NCBI GenBank assembly: GCA_002877915.1
Contig: PNJE01000007.1
Location: forward strand, 1,163-65,162
Direction of reading: 5' to 3'
Length of the DNA: 64,000 nt
Source of the DNA: Candidatus Aminicenantes bacterium
GTDB taxonomy: Bacteria; Acidobacteriota; Aminicenantia; Aminicenantales; Saccharicenantaceae
Under the pieces are notes generated by a model that ran no database searches, was not told where the DNA came from, and was given only the letters and a program-made list of their open reading frames with translations. A program made the translations under genes and the position numbers. Positions 1 through 9,656 of the stretch are shown here, in pieces. Position 1 is the first letter of the stretch. Each line of letters opens with the position of its first letter.

Positions 1-125
1 CCATGGTGGTGGTGGATAACGCCAGGCGAATGATTGGACAGACTGTAGATATTACTGTCACCTCTGTCCTTCAGACTACCGTAGGAAAAATGATTTTCGG
101 CCGGTATAACAGTGATTTACATTGA
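1..125 (+). CDS. 3' end of an upstream gene (partial), with a TRAM-like C-terminus; possibly a YacL-like PIN/TRAM protein
   Basis: An open frame enters from the window edge and ends at TGA 123-125 (...GQTVDITVTSVLQTTVGKMIFGRYNSDLH). It resembles a C-terminal TRAM beta-barrel. In Bacillus, yacL precedes ispD-ispF. Confidence 0.3.
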   Translation, partial: MVVVDNARRMIGQTVDITVTSVLQTTVGKMIFGRYNSDLH

Positions 126-154
126 AATGAGTTATTAAAAATTAGGATTATCTC

Positions 155-634
155 ATGAGCCTTAAAATTGGCCTGGGTTATGATCTTCACCGGCTGGTTT
201 CAGGCCGAGCGCTAATAATAGGTGGCCTTAAAATTCCATATGAGCTGGGCTGTTTGGCTCATTCTGACGGGGATGTCCTGGTTCACTCCTTAATTGACGC
301 TCTATTGGGAGCAACCGGGAATGGGGATATAGGCCAGAAGTTTCCTGATTCTGATCCTGCCTTTAAAAATATCTCCAGTCTGAAACTATTGGAGCAGGTA
401 ATGGAGGAAGTAAGTAGAGACGGGTTCTCAGTAATTAGCGTTGATTCAGTGGTCATCCTGGAAAAGCCAAAACTGGCTCCATTCATTCCGGAGATCAAAT
501 CTAAGCTATCCAGAGTTTTATCTATCGAGCCCGAAAACCTCGGAGTTAAAGCTAAAACTGCTGAAGGATTGGGAGAAATAGGGCAGGGGAAAGCTATAGC
601 CAGCTACTCAGTGGTTTTGCTGGAAAAGAAATAA
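155..634 (+). CDS. ispF: 2-C-methyl-D-erythritol 2,4-cyclodiphosphate synthase
   Basis: 159 aa with GYDLHRL and the HSDGDV...H motifs typical of IspF. The length is canonical. Confidence 0.9.
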   Translation: MSLKIGLGYDLHRLVSGRALIIGGLKIPYELGCLAHSDGDVLVHSLIDALLGATGNGDIGQKFPDSDPAFKNISSLKLLEQVMEEVSRDGFSVISVDSVVILEKPKLAPFIPEIKSKLSRVLSIEPENLGVKAKTAEGLGEIGQGKAIASYSVVLLEKK

Positions 635-805
635 ACAGTTTTTGCTTTATTTAATTTATTTTGTTATAATTTATCCTAATTCAGGGGAGTAAAGTTTCTT
701 AGCTCCAGACAAAGTAAATAAATCGTTTTGGCAATAAAAATAATCATAACGGGGAAAGAAACCTACTCTTCTGAAGAAGGCAAAATTCTTTGAAAGGAGT
801 ATTAG

Positions 806-3688
806 ATGAAATCATTAAAGGAAATTGCGGAAAAGTCTTTTTTATCTGAAGAGCAGCTTAAAAAAATAGAGGCTTTGATCCTCAAGGATAATTATTTCCC
901 GGCCGAATTTGTTCGAGATGAAATTGAGACCTTTTGCACAGATATCGGCCTCAGCCAGCAATATTTTGAAGCTACCCCTCTTGAAACCATTGCCCGTCAT
1001 ATTGAAGCCCTGAAAGCGGCTGAAATCCTGGCCACTTTGCGGGGAGAAAAAGAAGTGAAAATCGATTTTGCTACCGAGCATGAAGCTGAAGCCTTTTATC
1101 TGGTTGAAGACAACCATTATCGGGCTATTGAGATTGAGGAGAGAATTGAGAAAAAATATCCTGGTTATCGTGTCCAGTCTTATCGGTCAGCCAGAAAGCT
1201 CCGGGAATCGGAATATCTGCGCTGGTATGTAGTCTGCAAACCTGATTATGTTAGCCAGGATCTCCAGCCCGCAGAAACCGACCTTAAAAAAATTGCCGAC
1301 CGGGATTTTCTATCTTCTGTGCCCCGGGAAACGCTCGAACGTTATCAGGGTTTGATTAAAAAAGCTAAGGATTCAGAAAGTCCCTATATCGAATACAATC
1401 ATGTGAGCAAGGATAAAACCCTCCGGATTTCTGTTGTTTGCCAAAGCGATGCCATCCCTAGTTTCTTTATCAATGTTTCTGATGTAATTAATTCTCACGG
1501 GCTGGTTTCCAAGCGCAAATATGTTGAGCCCTTCTTAAATGGCAAAACGGTTTTTACTTTTTATGTTGATGATATTACCGATGAGGAAAAACTCCAGGAT
1601 CTGATTTCTGATATTAGCCTGATTTATGTTATTCCAGAAAGTCCCTTATCAATTCTATTTCGGGAAGGCCGACTAACCGCTCAGGAAACCGTGTTTGGAG
1701 TTTCAGCCTGGAGCTTCTGTCATCAATTTCTGAGCAGTTTTAATGAAGAATATGTTCGGCTGTCTCAGGCACTTAAAGATTCGCCTGAGCTGCTTGGGCT
1801 GGTCAGAGAGATGAAAACAAGATTGGCCAAGGAAACTTTTACTGAAGACCGGGTTTGGGATGCTTTAAGCAACAACTATCAACTGGTTAAAAAGCTTTTT
1901 GTAGCCTTTGACCGAAAATTCAACCCTCTTCATCAGGACCATAACATTGAAGGCGAGTTGCAAAGCCTGAGCAAAGAAATCAGTCGGGAAGTTCAGGTCG
2001 AGGCGGATAAAATTATTTTACTTACGGTTATCAAATTTATTAACGCCATATTGAGGACCAATTTTTATAAAAAGGAAAAAGTTTCTATAGCTTATATGTA
2101 CAATCCTGATTTCTTAAATAGGGTAGATTATCCTGTAGCTCCTTTTGGACTATTCCATATCCTGGGAAGGGAACTACGTGGATTTCATATCCGTTTCCGG
2201 GATATCGCCCGGGGTGGAATCCGAATTGTCCGTTCGATCAATTACCAGACTTACCTCAACAACTCTGATTTTATCTTTGATGAAAACTATAATCTGGCTT
2301 TAACCCAGCAGAGGAAAAATAAGGACTTAGCTGAGGGCGGTTCCAAGGGCACGATTCTCCTTCGCTGGGGTTTCAATGACAAGATGTTAGTGGCCTTTAA
2401 GAAGTACATTGATGGTTTACTCGATTTGATGATGCCTGATAAATCCGTGGTGGATTATTATGGGAAAGAGGTTATTTTATTCTTAGGCCCTGATGAGTGG
2501 ACGGCTGACCTGATGGAATGGGCTGCTTGGAGAGCCAAAGCTCGTGGCTACAAATTCTGGAAAGCCTTCACTACTGGTAAGCCGCTGGCCATGGGAGGGA
2601 TTCCCCATGACCGTTATGGAATGACTACCAATTCGGTTCATGAATATGTTCTGGGCACGCTGGAAAAACTTGGTCTGAAAGAAGAAAAGATTACCAAGGT
2701 TATGACCGGCGGGCCGGATGGGGACCTTGGTTCCAACGAAATTCTCATATCCAAGGACAAGATACTGGCTATTGTTGATGGTTCCGGTGTTCTTTATGAC
2801 CCCGAGGGTATTAACCGCAAAGAGCTGGTCCGGCTGGCCAAGGCCAGAAAAATGGTTGAAAATTTCAACCGGTCATTGCTTTCTCCTAAAGGATTCCTGG
2901 TTAATATAAAAGATCGGGATGTAGTTCTGCCAGATGGGGAAAAGGTAGAAAATGGCCTGGAATTTCGTAACTCTTTCCACTTGCATCCAAAATTTAAAGC
3001 GGATATCTTTGTTCCCTGTGGTGGGCGCCCGGCTTCGATTAATATTAACAACTGGAAGACCTGGCTGGATGAGGATGGTAAACCACGCTTTAAAGCTATT
3101 ATTGAAGGAGCCAACCTTTTCTTGACTCAGGAAGCCAGACTGAGATTGGAAGAAAAAGGAGTGGTCATTTATAAAGATGCTTCGGCTAATAAGGGCGGCG
3201 TCACTTCCTCCTCTCTTGAAGTTTTGGCCAGCCTGGTCCTGACCGATCAGGAGTGGGATCAGTTAATGTGTGTTAAAAATGGCGAAGAATCTGATTTCAG
3301 AAAACAATATGTAAAAGAAATAATAGATATTATTAAAGAAAATGCTCGGTTGGAATTTGAAATCATCTGGAAAGAAAATGCCCGGAAAGGAATCCCCCGA
3401 GCGATTTTAACTGACCTGATAAGTGAGAAGATAAACCAGATTAAGGATGCTATCAGAGAGTCTGATCTGATCAAAGACAAGGCTTTGCTGAAGAAAGTTG
3501 TCGAGAGTGGTGTTCCTCAATCTTTGGTTCAATTAGTCGGTATTAACCGCCTTATGGCTAAGATACCAGAAAACTATCTGCGAGCCCTTTTTGCCTCTCG
3601 TCTGGCTGGTCGTTATGTTTATAGTCACGGACTGGATTCCAACGAAGTTGATTTCTATAAGTTCATCGAAGAATTTAAGAAAAGCTGA
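806..3688 (+). CDS. Large NAD-specific glutamate dehydrogenase (ELFV-dehydrogenase superfamily, about 110 kDa type)
   Basis: 960 aa. The C-terminal half carries a GGSKG catalytic-lysine motif and a TGGPDGDLGSNE dinucleotide-binding-like motif resembling large bacterial/fungal NAD-GDHs. Confidence 0.55.
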   Translation: MKSLKEIAEKSFLSEEQLKKIEALILKDNYFPAEFVRDEIETFCTDIGLSQQYFEATPLETIARHIEALKAAEILATLRGEKEVKIDFATEHEAEAFYLVEDNHYRAIEIEERIEKKYPGYRVQSYRSARKLRESEYLRWYVVCKPDYVSQDLQPAETDLKKIADRDFLSSVPRETLERYQGLIKKAKDSESPYIEYNHVSKDKTLRISVVCQSDAIPSFFINVSDVINSHGLVSKRKYVEPFLNGKTVFTFYVDDITDEEKLQDLISDISLIYVIPESPLSILFREGRLTAQETVFGVSAWSFCHQFLSSFNEEYVRLSQALKDSPELLGLVREMKTRLAKETFTEDRVWDALSNNYQLVKKLFVAFDRKFNPLHQDHNIEGELQSLSKEISREVQVEADKIILLTVIKFINAILRTNFYKKEKVSIAYMYNPDFLNRVDYPVAPFGLFHILGRELRGFHIRFRDIARGGIRIVRSINYQTYLNNSDFIFDENYNLALTQQRKNKDLAEGGSKGTILLRWGFNDKMLVAFKKYIDGLLDLMMPDKSVVDYYGKEVILFLGPDEWTADLMEWAAWRAKARGYKFWKAFTTGKPLAMGGIPHDRYGMTTNSVHEYVLGTLEKLGLKEEKITKVMTGGPDGDLGSNEILISKDKILAIVDGSGVLYDPEGINRKELVRLAKARKMVENFNRSLLSPKGFLVNIKDRDVVLPDGEKVENGLEFRNSFHLHPKFKADIFVPCGGRPASININNWKTWLDEDGKPRFKAIIEGANLFLTQEARLRLEEKGVVIYKDASANKGGVTSSSLEVLASLVLTDQEWDQLMCVKNGEESDFRKQYVKEIIDIIKENARLEFEIIWKENARKGIPRAILTDLISEKINQIKDAIRESDLIKDKALLKKVVESGVPQSLVQLVGINRLMAKIPENYLRALFASRLAGRYVYSHGLDSNEVDFYKFIEEFKKS

Positions 3689-3699
3689 AGTAGTCAGCT
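3683..3699. terminator. Short hairpin (AGCTGA-agtag-TCAGCT) shared by the convergent gdh and pstB stop codons
   Basis: A 6-bp perfect inverted repeat spans both stop codons. There is no strong U-tract. Confidence 0.25.
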
Positions 3700-4455
3700 T
3701 ATTTCGCCAGTAATGTAGGCCCGGGTTCTGGGGTCGCGGGGAGAAACCAGGACTTCAGAAGCCGGGCCAAATTCTATCAGTTCTCCTAAGTAAAGGAAAG
3801 CCACATAGTCAGCTAACCGTTTGGCCTGGCGCAGAATGTGCGTTACCAGCACAATAGTATAATTCGTTTTAAGGCTCAAAAGATGAGCTTCCACGTTGCG
3901 ACTCGATTGAGGGTCAAGGGCTGAAGTCGGCTCATCTCCGAGGATAATCTCTGGTTCGACTGCCAGGCCCCGGGCGAGACAAAGACGCTGTTGCTGGCCA
4001 ATAGACAGGCGATTAGCCGGCTCATTCAATCTATTTTTAACTTCTTCCCAGAGACCAGCCAGACGAAGATATTTTTCCACCAGCGGGTTAAGGTAGGATT
4101 TATCTTTTTGGCCAAGAAGCCTTGGTCCAAAGGCCACGTTATCATAGATGGACATGGGCAAAACCTGGGGTCTCTGGGAAAGAAGCCCCATTTTCTTTCG
4201 AATTAGGGTCACCTCGACCCCCGGGTCATAAATATTCTGATCGTCTACTATAACCTGGCCTTCTACTCGGGCTTCTTCTATCTCATCCAATAGTCGATTA
4301 AAACATTTTAGAAGGGTAGTTTTACCACAGCCGGAAGGTCCAATGATAACGGTCAAGCTGTTTTTGGGAATGTCCAGATTGATATTTTTCAATACTTGGT
4401 TTCTCCCATAATAGACGTTTAAATTCCGCAGTGATAGACGGCCACGTTCGACCAT
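3694..4455 (-). CDS. pstB: Phosphate ABC transporter ATP-binding protein
   Basis: Walker A GPSGCGKTT, an LSGGQQQR signature, and PstB-specific N-terminal/YDNVAFG motifs. It is followed by pstA/pstC/pstS. Confidence 0.9.
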   Translation of the reverse strand: MVERGRLSLRNLNVYYGRNQVLKNINLDIPKNSLTVIIGPSGCGKTTLLKCFNRLLDEIEEARVEGQVIVDDQNIYDPGVEVTLIRKKMGLLSQRPQVLPMSIYDNVAFGPRLLGQKDKSYLNPLVEKYLRLAGLWEEVKNRLNEPANRLSIGQQQRLCLARGLAVEPEIILGDEPTSALDPQSSRNVEAHLLSLKTNYTIVLVTHILRQAKRLADYVAFLYLGELIEFGPASEVLVSPRDPRTRAYITGEIS

Positions 4456-4492
4456 GTCTTTCTCCTGTGATAATAATTTTGGAACATAGGTT

Positions 4493-5383
4493 TCATTTTA
4501 TTTTATGCCGGCTGAGTTTACGGCTAAAAAATCTGATCACCAGACTGATTAATAGAATTAGAAAAGTCAAAATGGCCGCCGAGGCGTAAGCTCGCTGCTG
4601 AACTTCGGGGTAAGGCGAGTTTAGCTGGAAAAAGATGGCTAACGGGAGTGTAGCTACAGGCTGAAAAAGAGATGTGGTCAGTCGATCGGTATAGCCGGCG
4701 GTAAAAAGTACGGAAGCAGCATCGCCCAGTCCCCGGCCGAGGGCAATGAGTACCGCCGTGATAATGCCTGGAAAAGCCTGACGCAGAATTACCCTGATAG
4801 CTGTTTGCCAGCGGCTGGCTCCGAGCGAATAAGCTGCTTCTTTAATTTCAGAGGGCACCATTCTTATGGTTTCATCCATCGCCCGGCTGAGAATGGGTAA
4901 CTCGACCAGAGCCACAGTTACCATCCCGGCCAGAAGCGAGGCCCGGAGATGCCAGGCCAGCATTAGCAAAAAACCGAAAACGCCATAGACGATTGAAGGT
5001 ATTCCCCAGAGAACATCTAAGGAAAAGCGGACAGCTTCTGAAAAAGGCGAATTCTTTTTCAAATAAGTATTTAAATAAATCACCCCCGGCAGGGCGATTA
5101 TAAAGGCAATTAAAGTAGCTCCCGAAATTAACTCCAGGGAACCAACGATGGCGTTAAGGATACCGCCTTCGTGGCCTAAATAATAGCCGGTACCCGGCGT
5201 TCGAATAATCATAGATAATTTTAGAGCCGGGAGGCTCCGGATAAGAATGGTCATCAGGATAAGAGTCAGAATGACTACAACCAGCACAGCGGAGGAAAAA
5301 GCCGCCAGCCTGAACAGTGAATCAATTATTTTCCTTTTAGGCCTTTTGAATTTGGCTTTTTCCCAGGCGGTGTCCATAATCAA
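4493..5383 (-). CDS. pstA: Phosphate ABC transporter permease
   Basis: 6-TM permease with the EAA-like loop (EAAYSLGASRWQT). It lies between pstB and pstC. Confidence 0.85.
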   Translation of the reverse strand: MIMDTAWEKAKFKRPKRKIIDSLFRLAAFSSAVLVVVILTLILMTILIRSLPALKLSMIIRTPGTGYYLGHEGGILNAIVGSLELISGATLIAFIIALPGVIYLNTYLKKNSPFSEAVRFSLDVLWGIPSIVYGVFGFLLMLAWHLRASLLAGMVTVALVELPILSRAMDETIRMVPSEIKEAAYSLGASRWQTAIRVILRQAFPGIITAVLIALGRGLGDAASVLFTAGYTDRLTTSLFQPVATLPLAIFFQLNSPYPEVQQRAYASAAILTFLILLISLVIRFFSRKLSRHKIK

Positions 5384-6258
5384 CTTCTCCTTTTCAGTCT
5401 ATTAAGATAAAGCCGCGACATCAGGCTAAAAATGAGCACTATTAGAAGCAGAAGCAAAGCGGCGAAATTTAGAATCGAATCGTATCCAGGGATAGAAAGC
5501 ATTTCACCATAGTTATTAGCCAGAAGCGCCGGAAGTGGATAAGCCGGGGAAAAAAGTGTGTGCGGCACCTCAGGCACATTTCCTACCACCATCATTACGG
5601 CTATGGTTTCACCGAAAGCCCGAGAAAGTCCCAGGGCGCAGGCAGCGATGAGACCCGGCCTGGCTTTTTTCATTGCCACATAATAAATAACTTCAAATTT
5701 GGTCGCTCCAAGGGCCAGGGCTGCCTCCTTGAGCTCAGTTGGCACTGAGTTTAAAACTTCAACTGAAATGTTAATTATCGTAGGCAGAATCATTACTGCC
5801 AGGACAATACCGGCGGCCAGAATGCTATAACCCGAACCATAGCTGGAGAAAAGTGGAGCTAAATATTTTGAGATAAAGGGAACAATTAACAGTATCCCCC
5901 AAAGCCCGTAAATGACTGAAGGCAATCCAGCCAAGAGGTCCAGACCAGGAGCCAGGATTTTTTTTAACTTCCCGGGGGCGTATTCAGCCAAATAGATGGA
6001 AGTGAAAATAGCCACTGGGGCGGCCAAGATAAAAGCGGTGATAGTTACCCAGAGTGTCCCCAGAATGAATGGCCACAGACCGAAGTGACCTTTCTGTGGT
6101 TGCCAGGCCGATGAAAAAATAAGGGTGGGTAGAGATTTTAGGGAGATTATCGGTAAAGCTTTTAAAACCAGGCTGGTTAAAATAGCGACGGTGAGCAAAA
6201 GAGGAAAAAGCATAGCGGAAGCTGATATCAGACGCCTGACTTTTTCTTTTTTCATCAA
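5380..6258 (-). CDS. pstC: Phosphate ABC transporter permease
   Basis: Permease with EAALALGATKF. It overlaps pstA by 4 nt. Confidence 0.85.
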   Translation of the reverse strand: MMKKEKVRRLISASAMLFPLLLTVAILTSLVLKALPIISLKSLPTLIFSSAWQPQKGHFGLWPFILGTLWVTITAFILAAPVAIFTSIYLAEYAPGKLKKILAPGLDLLAGLPSVIYGLWGILLIVPFISKYLAPLFSSYGSGYSILAAGIVLAVMILPTIINISVEVLNSVPTELKEAALALGATKFEVIYYVAMKKARPGLIAACALGLSRAFGETIAVMMVVGNVPEVPHTLFSPAYPLPALLANNYGEMLSIPGYDSILNFAALLLLLIVLIFSLMSRLYLNRLKRRS

Positions 6259-6426
6259 GTAATTATTCCTAAATGTTTTTCTCTTGATTCTGTATTTTTG
6301 ATTGCTGGGTCCATTTTTTATTTACCCGAGTTGAGCAAAATTTGACTTTTAATTTGAGTTCGGAATCTCTTGAAATTCACTTGGTTACCCCCAATTAGAT
6401 ACTCATTTTTCAACCGACTTAAATTT

Positions 6427-7518
6427 TTAATAAGCGGATAAGCTTTTCTTTTGTGCCTCAATCACCTCTTTTTTTAAAGGTACATATCCTGTTTCCTTTA
6501 CTAAATCTTGACCTTGATTCATTATCCAGAGCAGAAAGCTTCTCAGAAGTTGGTTATTCAAGGGCTTTTTAATCACCAAATATAAGTCGCGAGCTGGCGG
6601 CGAGGGATAATGCCCAGAAGAAATCGCTACCATCAAGTTTTCTCTACTGGAGTAAAAATTTTCATCTTTATCAAGATATCCATTGGCATTGACGTCGAGC
6701 GGGGCAATAGCCAGCCCATTCAGCGGCTGTCCAGTTTTGGGGTTATAAGCAAAGTTTAGGTTATTGAAGCCAAGACCTAATGAATCGCGACAGACAGCCT
6801 CGGCCAGGCCTGGATCGCCATAGATGGCAATTCCTTTCAAATCTTCTTGATGGGCGTTAAGAAAAGAAGCCCAGGTTTCGGCCGCTCCGCAGGCATCGGA
6901 ACGGGTGTAAAGATGGATTGGAGTTTTACCTGGCTGGCTATAAATCTCTTCCCAATATTTGATACTACCTTCTACCCAGATTTTTCTATAAACTTCTTTG
7001 GAAATGCCTTTTGCCTCGATGAGCTTTAGCAGCGGATTTTTCTGGTTCAAGGTGGCTACCACGGCATCCCGGGCAACCGAAAAAGGCCAGGCCCCCTTAG
7101 CTTTTTCTTCGGGATAAACCTCTCTGGAGATCATTCCTATATCTACCAATCCGGAAAGAACATCAGCCATGCCCTTGCCGGCGCCGCCGGCTTGGAGATC
7201 GATTTTAACCCCTGGATTTTCTTTTTGGAATTCTTCCACCCAGCGGGCGGCTAAGGGATAAAGAGCCCAGGCTCCCGAAAGGCTGAGTTGGCCCGAAAAA
7301 GTTTGAGGTTTTTTAAAAATTGTGCTTCCGCTATTTTGACAGCAGCTTAATAAGACTTCATCGTTGGTAAGAGCGGGAATCGAGATGACCGCTATTAAAA
7401 ATAAAAAGCTGACTGCGGTTAGAGTCCAGGTAAGCTGATTTCGGCTGAAGAAACCCTTTCTGTTTTTATTGATTTTATCGGCTGGTCCATTTTTTCCAGT
7501 GATTAAACTCATGGTCAT
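6427..7518 (-). CDS. pstS: Phosphate-binding periplasmic protein
   Basis: Signal anchor plus PBP-like type-2 fold motifs (SGAWALYPL...GGAGKG..DIGMISRE). It is the first gene of the pstSCAB unit. Confidence 0.85.
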   Translation of the reverse strand: MTMSLITGKNGPADKINKNRKGFFSRNQLTWTLTAVSFLFLIAVISIPALTNDEVLLSCCQNSGSTIFKKPQTFSGQLSLSGAWALYPLAARWVEEFQKENPGVKIDLQAGGAGKGMADVLSGLVDIGMISREVYPEEKAKGAWPFSVARDAVVATLNQKNPLLKLIEAKGISKEVYRKIWVEGSIKYWEEIYSQPGKTPIHLYTRSDACGAAETWASFLNAHQEDLKGIAIYGDPGLAEAVCRDSLGLGFNNLNFAYNPKTGQPLNGLAIAPLDVNANGYLDKDENFYSSRENLMVAISSGHYPSPPARDLYLVIKKPLNNQLLRSFLLWIMNQGQDLVKETGYVPLKKEVIEAQKKSLSAY

Positions 7519-7573
7519 CTCCTCGTCTTTGGTTTTAGCCGTTTAATTTATTTCTACTTTCTGGAAGTAAAAT

Positions 7574-8020
7574 CTATTTCTTTTTCTTCGAGCGTTTTTC
7601 ATCTATTAATCTTTGCCGTCTTAGCACATCTTCAAAAGTCGTTTTCTCTAAGTGTTCAGCCACCATGTCTCGAACTTCTTTCCACAAGAGGCGCAAGCCA
7701 CATTTTTCTTCAAGAGGGCAGGGCTCATGTTCGAGAACACTGACACAGTTAATTGGAGCCAAAGGGCCATCCATAACCCGGATCACTTCGGCTACGGTAA
7801 TTTGGCCGGGTGGCCTGGATAAATAATAGCCCCCACCAGGCCCTTTCTTGCTCTTAACCTGACCACCACGCTTGAGAAGCAATAATATCTGTTCCAGAAA
7901 TTGCTGAGGGATGGCCTGGGAAAGCGAGATAACCTTTATTGGTACCGGTCCCTGGCCATATCGAGCGGCTAGTTCGACCATCGCCCGACTGGCATATTCA
8001 CCCTTGGTGGAAAGCTTCAA
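7574..8020 (-). CDS. Rrf2-family transcriptional regulator (IscR/NsrR-like; three Cys spaced C-x9-C-x5-C)
   Basis: N-terminal wHTH (YASRAMVELA...ISLSQAIPQQFLEQILLLLKRGGQVKSKKGPGGGYYL) and a C-terminal Cys cluster. It lies 55 nt upstream of pstS on the same strand. Confidence 0.8.
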   Translation of the reverse strand: MKLSTKGEYASRAMVELAARYGQGPVPIKVISLSQAIPQQFLEQILLLLKRGGQVKSKKGPGGGYYLSRPPGQITVAEVIRVMDGPLAPINCVSVLEHEPCPLEEKCGLRLLWKEVRDMVAEHLEKTTFEDVLRRQRLIDEKRSKKKK

Positions 8021-8079
8021 TGAATGCCTCCTAAATAGATTACTAAAATTATCGACTATATCATATATTAATCTAAGCT

Positions 8080-8098
8080 ATTTTTGTCAAGCAAAAAT
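8080..8098. promoter_or_regulatory. Perfect palindrome ATTTTTG-tcaag-CAAAAAT about 60-80 nt upstream of the rrf2 start; candidate operator
   Basis: 7-bp inverted arms with a 5-nt spacer in an AT-rich promoter region. Confidence 0.3.
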
Positions 8099-8315
8099 TT
8101 TTTTAGTTTAGGGAATTTCTCCGAATAGCATATTCAGTAGGTCATTTAATTCTGGATTTTAATAAGGTTTAATTTTATTCTGGTTAAGCGAAGGCAAGGT
8201 TTTTTATAATATTTTTATCTTAGTTTATTAGCCAGCTTTAGAGATAGCTTTAGCTCGAACGACCGATTGAATAAATTTATCGATTGTGACATTATTTATA
8301 AAAATGGAGGCCAGG

Positions 8316-9101
8316 ATGAGAAAAAAAGCTGGATTGGCTTTAGTTTTAAGTTTTTGGCTTCTTTCTTTTTTTGGCGGCTACTTTTTACTGGCTCAGACTG
8401 GAAAACCCAAGGTAGTTTTTAAAGAAACTCAGTTCGATTTCGGTAAGATAAAACAGGGAGAAGTGGTTATCCACGAGTTCATCTTTCGTAATGAAGGCCA
8501 GTCGCCGCTTAAAATCAACCGGGTAACTACCTCATGTGGATGCACGGCTGCGCTGGTCTCGGAGAAGGAAATTGCTCCGGGGAAAGAAGGCCGCCTCAAA
8601 GTGACCTTTGATTCCCATGGGTACAGTGATAAAGTTGTTAAATACATTTATTTCGATTGTAATGATCCAGAAACCCCTCAGGTAGAACTAATAATTACGG
8701 CCACGGTAGAAGTCGGTCCCGCGGCCAGAATCGAGCTTGACCGTTATAACCTCGATTTGGGAATTTCTCTGGAAGGGGAAGAAGCTTCAGCTAAATTTAC
8801 AGTTAAAAATACTGGTCAGTTAGAACTGGAAATTGATACCGAAAGTCCCGAATATTCTTTCTATGTTCACGGTCGGAAAATTTCTTTTCCCTACCGGATT
8901 CCAGCTGGCCAGTCTGTTGAGTTTGAAGTCCGGCTTCCGGCAAAAGAAGGACACGTGGGCCTGCTTCGAGATTATTTGCTTATAAAAAGCAATGATCCAG
9001 TTAGGTCAACCTTATCGGTATTTATAAGCCGGTATGTTATTACCAGGGAAGACCTGCGGAAACTTTTTGAAAAATATGGCAAGGTATTGGGAATAAAATA
9101 G
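8316..9101 (+). CDS. Secreted DUF1573-domain protein (hypothetical)
   Basis: Signal peptide, then the TSCGCTA motif diagnostic of DUF1573. The ATG at 8316 is preferred (GGAGG 5 nt upstream); the ORF track begins at GTG 8286. Confidence 0.6.
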   Translation: MRKKAGLALVLSFWLLSFFGGYFLLAQTGKPKVVFKETQFDFGKIKQGEVVIHEFIFRNEGQSPLKINRVTTSCGCTAALVSEKEIAPGKEGRLKVTFDSHGYSDKVVKYIYFDCNDPETPQVELIITATVEVGPAARIELDRYNLDLGISLEGEEASAKFTVKNTGQLELEIDTESPEYSFYVHGRKISFPYRIPAGQSVEFEVRLPAKEGHVGLLRDYLLIKSNDPVRSTLSVFISRYVITREDLRKLFEKYGKVLGIK

Positions 9102-9213
9102 TTCAGCCCGAACCGGTTAAGTTTGATAGGCGGAAAAGAATCAGAGCCAGTGAGAGTGACTTGACTAAAAAATCTTCTTAATGAAGAAATTATAACTTCA
9201 ATCGAAGGGAAAA

Positions 9214-9468
9214 ATGAGCGGTATCGGGGAAAGGCCAAATAGAAAAAAGACCATTTTCACTGTCAAGGTGCAGCCGAGAGCTTCGCGGCAGGAGTTGATA
9301 AGAGTTTCTGAAACCGAATTTCGGGCCCGCCTGACTTCTCCGCCCGAAAAAGGAAGGGCTAATGATGAATTGCTCAAGCTTCTGGCTGATTATTTAGGTC
9401 TGCCGCCTTCAGCTTTAAGAATTATCCGTGGCCAGAGTTCCAGGGTAAAATTGATTGAATCTCTTTAG
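9214..9468 (+). CDS. DUF167 / YggU-family small protein
   Basis: 84 aa; the V.V.PRAS...L.V....PPE.G.AN..L...LA pattern matches the YggU family. Confidence 0.55.
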   Translation: MSGIGERPNRKKTIFTVKVQPRASRQELIRVSETEFRARLTSPPEKGRANDELLKLLADYLGLPPSALRIIRGQSSRVKLIESL

Positions 9469-9656
9469 CCGCTTTGATATCAACCAAAATAGAAATTAGA
9501 CCACAGGGAGTTGGCTTTATAATAGCTTAATCTTATATTAAGCGAAAATTGCCTGGAATCCGGTGGTTAAAATTTTTCTTGTTTGGTCTGGTCATTTATC
9601 ATTAAAATTGTTGTAAAGTTAGATCGAAAATGTTTCCTGATGATTAAGGTTTTATT

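Noticed and set aside
283-498. 71-aa ORF antisense inside ispF
   Set aside because: It lies entirely within a confidently called gene on the opposite strand. It has no RBS and a biased composition, so it is a typical spurious antisense ORF.
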